The notes beneath the pieces are model-generated. The model saw only the letters and a program-made list of their open reading frames with translations. It made no database searches and was not told the DNA's origin. Made by a program: the position numbers and the translations under genes. Positions 26,679 through 38,600 of a stretch of DNA of 64,000 nt are shown here, one piece after another. The first letter of the stretch is position 1; each line of letters starts with the position of its first letter. The DNA comes from Phoronis australis (lineage: Eukaryota; Animalia; Phoronida): positions 62,001 through 126,000 of the forward strand of contig NMRA01000441.1 of assembly GCA_002633005.1 (NCBI GenBank). Direction: 5' to 3'.

Positions 26679-29600
26679 TTAATCATGAACTTCCTTGATG
26701 TCTACCAGCTCAAGAACGGAGTAACTGGGCTTCCTATAACTAAGGCTGCCGCGACGAGCTGTAAATGGAGGTTTCCGGTTCATGAAGGACAACTGTCGCT
26801 GGGTTGTTGGCTTGGTCCGCATAAGTCTTTTAGCATCATTTGGAGACATGAACCAGACGAGATTCTTGTAAATTGGCGGAACTGTTTTGCTGAAATCGTC
26901 TTCAGACGTATCGCACTCCTGTAAATAGAAAACTTCATGACAGTGTAGATTGCCTTACTTGCACGACTTCAGCGACGGTGTTTCACTGAAGTTCCCGCTA
27001 TCAGGGCTAAACGTTTCCAGCCAGATCCAATTCACTGACCTTTGCTGGTGTACTTTTGCAACATTTACAGTTGTAGCAGTCCTTTGTTGAATAGGAAGGG
27101 CCGTTTAGTACACCACGTAAATATAAAACTCTAGAAAATTCAAGGTGATTTTAGTACGGGTTAAAGATTTTACTAAACGTTTGTGTTCAATTGTTGTGTT
27201 AGGCAGAAACAAAAAGCAGGAAAGACCAACAGTTGTCCTCGCCATTACTAGTCCGCACTCTGTTTTCGGCGGCAAGTTTAACAAAATAACAAACACGCGA
27301 TGGTCTAATGATTTCTTACATTTCATAGTACGTCATCAATAAACGCTCCATCATTTATTAACTAACCTTTGCTATTTCCAATGCTGTGTCAAATATTTCT
27401 TCCGTTCCTTTCATCATCTCCTTCAAAGCAAAGATAAGTATAGATTAGTATCAGAAAACTTCACAGCAATTCTTTAGACAGCACATATGTTTTTTCACGG
27501 GTATCAAGAATTTGAAAAGACTTGTCAGTGATATTCAAAAAATAAAAACACCTCATGAAAGAAGACACGCCTTCAGGAGAAAATCACATTTTAGAGAGCC
27601 TTTCATGCACTTGGTGAGAGAAGAATGCAGTGACAGTCTTTCTTGAATACGACGGCGAAGTTAAAAAATACAAGTTTACATATCGAATCCAATTCAGGTA
27701 CACAAGGTGAAAAGCAGCCTTCTCTATTCTGCCTAAGAAACCGACAGATAAAATTATTATACGTACGTCCAAACTGAGATCGCCTCTCAGGCAGTGTTCC
27801 TTTACATGCGCCCCAGTTTTATCAAAAATGACGTCACTTAAACTGAGTTCTCCAATCACAGAGCCTTTTTTGTTCTTCCAAGCTCCGCTGTGACTGTCGT
27901 ATGTGTACTGAAAACAGATTTTAATCATCGTTTTACTGAAGTAGAATGAATTGCACCCAATTATAAATTGTCATTTCATATCCAACAGCTAGGGTAATGT
28001 TGGTTTACAAGCGAATGTTGTCGTCCAAGTGATTGTGTTTGCAAACTAAGTGTATTTGCAAATGTCGGATTCACAGATGTGTGGCTATTATGCCAGGGTA
28101 AGTACATGTTTTAACGATATCAACCCAGAGCGTTGAAATACACCCATGGCTGCCCATCAAATAGATGTTTACAAGGACTTTAATCAGTTTTAAAAAATCA
28201 AATTAAAAGGAGGAGAAGCGATAGTCGGATCTGTCCATCTGTTGTCAGGTTAGTAAGAACAAACTTCCCAAGGATCCTACAAGGGGTATAGCCGGAGATG
28301 CAACTGCAGATGCAAAAAGGCATCCAGAAACCAACGTCAGTTATGGCTTTGTCAGTAAGAAAACATCTTCTAATTTTCATTATCCTCTTAACGGTTTAGC
28401 GTATACAGAGGCAAACAACCAAAAAGGCTCGAAAATATAAAAATGACCACATTGAAGCGCTGGCTACGTCGAATCCTTCACAAAATGGATAGGTGCTGTC
28501 GCTACCATAAAAGAAACTGTATCCCAATTTCATGAAAAGCCGTTGACGAAAAGACATTATCATAAAGAACAGGGACGTACAAAATTCGTGATTAACCCTT
28601 GCCCCATTTACACGAAAGCATTTGCCAAATCCTACAAAGAGGAGATACACTGTAGATAAAGCCGCGTAACCATAAAGACAAAATTAATATCCACTAGGGG
28701 TCGCCAGAGCTTTCGGACCTGTATAAAAATGAACGCCAGTCCTGTTCTGTGATCAGGAACCCATCTGCCAAATTTTATAGTGATACTTGGTGTACTTTGG
28801 CGGATAGACAGCAGACGCCAAAAACTCGTGAATAATAAAAATTACCACTAGGGGGCGTAGAATCCGTCGAATATATCCGAAGGTGGAAAGTTATAGTCGT
28901 CTCCTTAATAGAAACCTATTCGTTAATATTCATGGCAATCCATCTATGAACACTGAAATTTGAGAGGCGAATGTAGAAAATAATTACCTCTAGGAGGCTC
29001 ACTGGTAGTCGGAATACGCATCTGTCAAATCTCAATGAGATCGTGCAAGAGGTTTAGGATATGCAGTAGCGGACGACAAGGGATGACGGCAATAGGTCTA
29101 TGCGCCCAGGTATGAATTTGTGGGGGCATAAAAAAGAGTTTTCTTAGCTTTGGTATAGCATTTATAGGAAAAAATGATTCACTTTTTTCTGTCGATACTT
29201 TTCTGAAGTTCAGGAGCATTTCGTATTAAGGTCCTAGTGTCCTAGTACCTGTGGTAAAAGCATCCATCCATGAGACGCTACAAGATCCACGGCGTCAATG
29301 ACGTAATTCAAAACGTCGTCGCTTGCAAAATAGGGCAGATTCAACCGAGTAAAACCAGGCCTGAAAACGAAAGCAAAAGTCGTGAGATAAAACATTTGCC
29401 AACGTTGGTAACTTTCCTATTTGGTTGCAGGAGTTTGGCAGACTAATTCAAAATTGAATTACGCACTTCTCTCTTGCGTCGCATTCTCAAAATTAACCGA
29501 TTTTGGAACTTCGCATGGGTGGCCGATCATGTAAAACTCCTCGACTTGAAACTTAAATGGAATTTAACGATAGCACAAATTCTGACGAGAAGTAAAAAAT

Positions 29601-32600
29601 TGAAAACTATTTTCTGGTATTAAGGTTATGTAAGATCCTAGCCCAATTTTGGCCAATTTCGAAACATTGTATCTCAACAATGGACTGAACAGACTCATAA
29701 AACTTTCAGATACAATACTTTATACAATGTTTTTTAAAACCCTGTTAGGAATTCTTGTAAAAATTGTCCACCTTTGCATTAGACGTTATCAAAACTAGGA
29801 CTGATATTTTGATGAAAAATAAATAAGTTGCATGAAACGAAACAATAATTAAGAAAACTATATCAGCGTTTATGAGATTTTATCTTGAACGTGTGTACAT
29901 GTATAACTAATACTTTCAGAAAATATATACTTTTGCCGAGTTGAATGCTATAGGTTTGTAGACATTTGGCTGAATGAACAGACTTGTGGATAAGGTCCCA
30001 CACGTACAGCCTCAAGGAAGCGACAGTCTCCTGAGCTATGCATCAATAATGTACAGCTGCAAGTGCCATAAATTTCGTGAACTGAAGGCGACACGAAGAA
30101 GTTCATTGCTGACGGATTAACAACGGCCTCCTCACGTAAACACCAAAGCCCAAGAACTAAAGATACTCGCTATGACTGGCTTAATGCGCTTTATACATGG
30201 TTGAACTAATTAACCACAAGAGAAAGCAATACTGCAGAATTCCGCTCACTCTGTTCTCTTTCGGAGAGGGGCCCATTTTCAAGAAGAAGTCTTTTTGCAT
30301 TCACAAAAACCACCATGGGCTCTTTCGTAAAAAAGTGGTAGGACTAAAATTGAAGAAACAAGAGCAACGCAGAGCGTTGAAATGCGCCCACGAATACACT
30401 GCAAACGGTGTGCTTCTAGGTTGTTTATTTTCATCATAAGAATGGCCACTAGATGGTGCAAAATACTTCGAATGCATCAAAAAAAAACGGGAAAATGTCA
30501 CCATTTTTTAACAGAAAACTATTTACCACATTTCATGAAAATTCGTCAAGGAACCTTAGAGAAACAGAGCAAAACGGAAAAAATGAAATTTTTACGAGGG
30601 CCGGGGCAAAGGGCTCGTCGAATCTGTGTTAAAGTCTTCCGTTGTCAACTTCATTTGAATACACATGCTAAATTCAATAAAGATCCTGCAGAGGGCTTAT
30701 CATATACAGCTAAGAGGGCAACATAATAAAACTGCCACTAGGAGGCGCAATTGAAGTCGGAAAATCATCGTCAACCGTCCCCTTCATACCAAGAACATAC
30801 AAGACAATTTTCACAATCATCCTACGAGTGGTTTGGTTGACAGAGGGTGAACGCCAAAAATAGACAAGAAAACAGTAAAAATGGCCACTAGATGGCACAA
30901 AATACGTCAAATCCGACTGAAAACCAGAAAATGTTACCGTTTCTTTAAAATACAGCTATTGACCAAATTTCATGAAACAGTTATTAACCAAATTTCATGA
31001 AAATTCGTCGAGGAAGTTCAGAGAAACAGAGGAATGCGGAAAAAATGAAACTGCCACTAGGGGACCACAGTGTTCATCGGATCCGTCTGAAAATTGTCAT
31101 CTTCCGTAGTTAACTCCATATGAATACACGTGCTAAATTTAATTAAGATCCTGTAGAGGGCTTAGGAGAAACAGGTATGGGTGCAAAAAAAACAACTGCC
31201 ACTAGCAGGCATCACAGTAGTCGAAGTCGCCTGAAAATAATTGTCAATCGCCGTCTTCACAGTAAAAACATGCATGACAATTTTCAAAATCATGACAGAG
31301 GGAGGGACGCCAAACAACGAATTTAAAAAAAATAAAAATGGCCACTAGGTGGCGCAAAATACCTCGAATCCATCCGAAANCGGGGGGAACCCCCCCCCCC
31401 CCCGTTAATAGATACATTCTACCTCTATGCCAAATTTTATGGAAATCCGTTGAGGACCTTTGAATATACAGAGGTAAACGTAAACAAATAAAATTGCCAC
31501 TAGGGGACACAGCGATAGTCCGATGTGTGCTAAAGTCGTCGTCACCCGTTGTCAACTTCATATAAATACATTGGCTACATTTAATAAAGATCTTGTAGAG
31601 CGTTTAAGAGATATAGTCATGGGCGCAAAAGCAAACAAAACTGCCACTAGGAGGCGCTGAAGTAGTCGAAATCGTTGGAAAATGATCGTCGACCGTCCTC
31701 TTCATAGTAAGAATATACATGTCAATTTTCACAATCATACTTAGAGTGGTTTGGTTGATAGATTGGCGGACGCCAAACAACGGACTCGAAAATAGTAAAA
31801 ATGGCCACTAGATGGCGCAAAATGCCTCAAATCCATCCGAAAGCGAGAGGAAAGCGTCATCTTACTAACACATGCCTATGTGCTAAATTTAAAGAAAATC
31901 GGTTGAGGACCTTTGAAGACAGAGATCGAGGCAAACGTAAAAACTAAAAGTGCCACGAGGGAACACAGCGGTATTCGGGTCGGTCCGAAACTCGTCTGCC
32001 TCTGTCGTCAATCCCATAAGAACACACCTGCCAAATTTCAATACGATCCTGCAAGGGGTTTAGAAGACACTGTCGCTGATGCCGGACGTCCAGACAGAGA
32101 TGACGGCAATATGCACTCACATATAAATATGTGGGCGCATAATAATGACATTTCCACATCTTTGTCCCATGCCAGGAATGCAAAAAGATCCCGATAAAGT
32201 CCCTATGGAGGGTTTTTCAGTCCCCATGGAAGTTTATTTTGGTGGGGTAATGTTTCGGAAATCCCCGGTGGTACTGTTTATACACCTATAGAACATGTTC
32301 TCCTTACTTCATAATGTCCATGGTTTCTTCAATGTCAAACTTGTCGCTGAAACAAATTTATCGAATGCTGTTTATAAGTCAATAAATACAAAAGGATCAA
32401 TACAGTTCAAACTACTTCGTGTATATGTAGATGTATATATTCAGCGCAATGTCCGGTATCGTATTCAAGTGCAATGTAGCACCGTGGAGGGGCTGTCAAA
32501 TAAATGCGAACAGTGGGAACGTGCCATTGAGGTGGGAGCCTATTTTCATTTTTGATATAAATTTGGTCGTTCGCTATTATATATAATGAACATAGATTTC

Positions 32601-35600
32601 ATGTTCAATGCATGCAAGAATGACAGTTAATGGCTATAATAACAAAACGTTAACTAAAGTAACAGAATGAGACCAAGATTAATTTGCATGTCACGTGTCA
32701 ACGCCTAGCGACCACTGGAGAGAAGCCACGAACAGTTTCAGAAGCACACAATGTGGCCACGTGTATAGTAATTTACAGGTTGCAAAGACGTTAACAAATT
32801 AATGTTTTCTAAAAAGTGAACCCGAAGTAAGCAAACTGATACTTATTTTCAGTTATTTTAAGAATTTCAATCGAATTCTTACTTTGGTGATTCTTCTGTT
32901 TTTCTCTCTTCAGGCGGTGTAAGGAAATAAAAGAATTTATTTGCCAGGTACTCGGAAATGCCAAGCAAGTCCTGAAAATAGAATACCGTACTTGACCTAA
33001 ACTGTTGTCGCGAACGTTTTTTCAGATTTAAACTGTAGTTTAGATTTCTAATTCAAACATCCATTGAACGAATAAATGTTTATTATTAGTTGCTACTTCA
33101 TACGTTGACTATTATAGATGATTGATTTCTTTAAAGTCTTTCGATTGCGCCTGCACTTACACTGCAATAGCATTGCAGTAACAGTAATAAAAAAATATTG
33201 ACAGTGGTTAACTTTCAAAGCTTATAAGCATTCGTCCAAATGTTCATTCCACTCAACAATCCTTACCTCCGCGTATGGTCCCGCGCATGCGCATCCCCCA
33301 CGTGACTGTATGCCGAACAGGTCATTCAACAGGGCTGCGACGAAATTGTAGTGAAGGAGATTTCCGGAGTCGGGATGTTTTACCAAAAAGGAGAATATTG
33401 GAATACGCCTGGCCGTGTGGCTTCCCAGGATGATTAAGTTTTTATTTCGTTTCCAAACGTTCATGGCTCTAGTAAAGAGTTCATGCTCTCGTTGTTCCAA
33501 GAAATCCATGTCCAGATTCTGAAATACATAGGTCTATTAATTAGTCATCGACGTTAGACGTAGAGCTCAGTACATTGAAATGGGTTCAGCTATTATGAAC
33601 GCAGTCAATTTTCCAAAACGTCAGACAACTCGTTTCAGTTGTGCATCAGTTTGACCCGATCTGTAAGCAAGATTTGACATCTAATATGAAGCTCGTTGCG
33701 TCGACAGGGAGTAAGGACACAGTCGGGAAGGGCGAACGAATATGAGAGGAGAAGGATGGGATTGCCAAAGTGCAGTGTTGCGTTTGTATGAATTTAATTA
33801 TCAGTACAACTTTAAATCTTGTGGCATAGTTTCTACTACAGCAACTGTATTTGTTGAAGGTCGAGCCATACAATTCATGAATGAATTTTAATTTTCCATC
33901 ATTCGAGTTAGTGTCTTCTTCACTTAAATGTCGTAACTTTATTACGTTTTAAACGGAGAAGTGTAAAAGGCCAACAAGGGGCGCAGCGTAGGTCAAATAC
34001 GCCTGAAATGGGACAGTTGCCGTCGTTTCGATGACACTTATTTATTTGCTAAATTTTATGAACATCCCACAAGGAACTTGCTAGATATTGATCTATGACC
34101 AAAACAACTGCCACTAGGGGCGACACAGTAGTAGACCCGCACAAAATCATGGTCAAGCGTGCTCTTCTGAGTAAGGAAGCACACATCAGTTTTCATAAAG
34201 ATACTTTGAATGAAAATTAAAGAGGCAGACGCCAAAACATCCAAAGTGATAAAAATGTCCATTAAGTGACTTAGAACATGTCGAATCTGGCCAAAAAGTG
34301 AAGGCGTCATCACTCCTCAATAGAAACATAATTACCAAATGTCATAAACATTGCTCAAGAAACTCAGTTTTATATCTGGGGGGTGCAAGAGTCGTCGGAT
34401 CCGAACGACAGTTGTCGTCATGAGTTATTGTGTTCAGAGATCTGGGAGGTATAAATAGCTGCGGACGCAAAAACGATGCGGCACTATAAGGGGCGGACGT
34501 CAAGACGTACGCCCAACAGAGATGACGACAATGTGTGACCACCTATATGTGAGAGCATAATGTTATCTAAGCAACTCTCTGAACACAACGACATTCAGTA
34601 ACGCGATCTGACAACGCAAAATTAAAAGAATGCCCGACATTCCCATTAGAGATTTCCTTTGCATTTCTCCAACATCCAACCCAGTTTTAGGCCTATGTTC
34701 CTACTTCGGGTCCGTCCTTCCCGTCTCCATGTCCGTCTTTTCCATCACAAGATTAGTGGTTAACTTCAGGACAGTCTTTAACATCAAAATACCGTCGGCA
34801 GTCTAAGATTGATATCTGATTAAACCTGATCATTTTCATGTTATGTACAACTAACGTCGCCTATTTGTACCATTTTTAGCTGGAAAACAAGTCCTGCTCT
34901 GATTGCTTCAATAATGGCTGGAGTACCACCCTCTTCTCGTTCTTCTATGTTATCGATGTATCTATGAGTGTCCCTCGTTACCTGGAATAGCAGAAAAAAA
35001 TATTACAGTGTCATTGAAACAGACTGGGTTTTTATTAAGCCGATTCGTACCAGCTAAAACTCTGTGGGCCCTGAATATTTACTGAATAGGTACTTCGCAC
35101 AATCTCAGTTGTCCGATGCCATCTTAAAAGTGACTGACGCGGGTTGGAGACGAAAAATAACAAGCTACCATGAACAAAATAAATTCCTCGAATGTAACTC
35201 GATGTATACTAGCGACAAATCCGGCCCGTTTTTATATTGACGAATAGACAAAGCAGAGCCACTTGGGGCTTGTGTTCAAACATATGTAGTTGAAACTATC
35301 AGGCATTAAGTAATGCACTGTCACTTGCAGTACGTCCATACTGGAATGTGTTAAATGTTCTAAAGAATCCTCTCGTTCAAAACATTCCGTGGATATCTTG
35401 GTGGACATTGTGTCGCGTTTTTGCAATTTCCACTGGATCCAACGGAATTTTTATTCAATTTGTCACATTTCCGAGAGCGAACAACCGAAAGACACCTGTC
35501 ATAAAAGACAGTTCAAGTTGGTATTGAATGAGAGTACGTCATCCTTTCAATAACTGATGCGCACCTTTACAACTGATCTGCCTCCTGGGTACTCATTCTA

Positions 35601-38600
35601 GAAATTCTCATAATGATAAATCAGTAATGATTAAATACAAGAACATGTATAATTTTAATCGGTAACCTGAAAATAAACACCACTCCAAGACGCTCTTGAT
35701 TAGATTTTATATCACCAGTATTCATATCACAATTTCCTGTTGTGAGCTGTAGTCAATCGAAACATTTTCGGATTTGTTCCTTACATAGACAACAGTCCCG
35801 CCTCCACCACAGTGTGGTACTGCGTTCACAAACAAGTTTTTCTTGGCGACAAGAATTCCCGGAGTGCCTGGGCCTCCTACAAATTTGTGCGGTGACAGCA
35901 AAATCGCGTCCTTGTGTCTGAAATGGTCAGCGAAAACGATGATTGAACAAGCTCTTCGGATAAAATGACATTATCACTACGGCTATCGGCAAATCAGTTT
36001 TCCAACTTTCTATGTGCTGAAGAAAACAGGCATTAGTTTATCTAAATCAATGCAATGGTTGGAATGTGCAGCACGTGGAATTCTCTAGATTCACAATGTT
36101 ATTTATTGTTCAGAAAAGAGAAAACAAGCTTAGTTCCATATCGATAATACACTGAATGCGTTCAGTTTAGCAAAAACGGGTATGTGTAAGGCAAGGCTGT
36201 GAACGGTGTCTTGATAGCAAGAAGTCGGCCTTATTAACCAACTACTTGCGTAATGGCCGCCTCAAAAAGGGACAAAAAGAGACTGCTCGGAGTGTCGAAT
36301 TATGGTTGCGATTCGACCAGTTACCAACCCCCTGTAATTTGAGCGTACGTATACTCACGCCGAATTTGGTGCGTTTATATCTATGTCCATGTAAGGCCCC
36401 CCGGCGGCGTAATCACAGAAAATGTGACCGCCATATCTGTGTACCAGTCTGGCAACGCTGTCAATGTCTGTTATAATCCCTGTGACGTTACTGGCAGCTG
36501 AAAACGAGGCAATGATGCGATAACCCTCTTCGGAATGTATCTGAAAAATGTGGTAATAAGAAATTGTCAAGAAATGAAATATGATTATTGAATTAAAAAG
36601 ACCATCTGTGCTTGACCCAAACGACAATACACACGCAATGAGTATTATGTAGTTTTGGCTGTCGATTCTCTAAGCAAAAGTCAGAATATTTTATCGTAGC
36701 ATTGACAAATGCCCAAATTAAGTTTTTGTTATGATAAAAAACTGCAGTTACAGAAACGGCACCTTGCAGGTGTACAAAATTTACGAAAACCTGTTGTTTT
36801 CTAAATTTACTAACTCTCAATTGTTTCTCCAGGTCATCCATATCCACGAGACCAGTTTTCTTCTTTTCCATAACGCGCAAGACTTTTACACCCGTTTCCT
36901 TCCATGGCAAAATATTGGAATGGTGCTCATACGGGCTCGTCAGTACTACCTATGGAGAAGTAACATAATGCGGAACAGCCTTCAAGAAACAAAACATGAA
37001 GATTCTTTTGTGTCACAGTGGAGTGAAGGGTTGTGGAAACTTTAACACATGTTCTAGGCAGATTGTGTTTCTATAAATCAGAGCTTTGACATTATATAAA
37101 GTAAGAATTATTAAAAATTTTATGTATATTTGACTATCTTGTGAAGTTAACTATCGTGAATTAAAAGCCTCATTAGGCAATTTATCATTGTTTTATTTTC
37201 TTTGCTTCCAGTGGTTGTACTTCGGGACCAAGTTTAGCGATATGCAGAATTAAACCTTATTCACGCAGTAGCCGTTTTAAAAATGAGCCTCTTTTTAGGT
37301 TTTAAAAACAATGCAAAGCGTGATTTTTTCGCGTGCCTCATTATATTTATGTCTCAAATGCATTGTTTTTTTTTAAGTAAAAAGAGGCTCACTATTAAAA
37401 TGGCGACTGCGTGAATACTGTCATTAACGACAATCTTTATTCCGTTCCATTCGTATCCTCGGAACAAAGTTCGAGACTCAACAGACCATTTACAAAGCAA
37501 CTGACTAAGAGACATCGTTAAAAGACAAATGATATTTTGGAACATACTTGTTTCCCTCTCAAGTGCTTCCAATGGAAATCACAAGATTCCTTACTGTTTT
37601 TTCTTCGTTTTCTTGCAAGTTTAGTATGCCAATAAGCTTGTGAATTGCGCCCGTGACACCACTTCCGGTGAAAATGGCAACATCCTCTTCTGTCGCGTTG
37701 ACACTTTTTTTGACCATCTCCCTGTTAATTGGATGAAAAATGTATTCAAACATTTACATTCAAAGCTTCCGGCATCATTGAAGACAACATTGTGTGAACG
37801 GTAGGAGTTTACACAATGCTGACAAATGCACTCTGACCTCTAACTGTACTGGCAGTTCCAGGATAACAGCCAGATAAAATGAAGGCAGAAATATTTGTTG
37901 TGCTTCTCAAGCAAAATTTGTCACTTGTGTTTTCAGAAACTGTTTCGAGTTAAGGGGCATGTCAACAGTGAGAGGGAGGAGGTCACTATACCAACCATTT
38001 GGTGCACCCATGGGGTCATTAAGTGCATTTTTCTTCTGAAAGTTTGACCAATTCATTCATCTTGTATTCTGAAGTGCTTAAAGTAAAACATCTTGATTTT
38101 TAGCATTAACCACACTTTTAATCGAGTTAACAATTACTCCCTCATCGGGGCTTATAATGCACCGGAAGAGGTCAATTAGTGGAAAGGTCATCAAAAAATT
38201 AATATGTAATTTCTCCTACAATTTTAAAGAATTCCTTTTCATATTGGTAAACGGGTTGTTGTCAGTAACTTCCCATAATAATTCCAGTAATACGCACGCG
38301 CAGAGTCCGTTATTGTCACGCCGTGACAATAATCTTTCTAGTTGCATAACGGTTTTGTCTGAATCGTAAACAGCACGTGGACCAGTTTGTTGTTCAAGTC
38401 GGACCCTTGCTTGACCTTGTCGTTCAGTGACTCGCCGCGGTTCTTGGCTGAGCAATCGAAGACTATTTGCAGCTTTCCTGGTTTCTTCGCACTGACACTT
38501 GGATGATGGGGTATGTACCACGTGCCCTGGCCATCGGAAACTTGGGGATCGGACACCTTCTCGGCGTTTCCCTTTTCAAAAAGCTTAACCATTTCCTCCT

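Noticed and set aside
30446-31965. CRISPR-like array (conserved short motif with variable spacers)
   Set aside because: The spacers are ~130 bp and homologous to one another, the context is eukaryotic and no cas genes are present; it is a tandem repeat.
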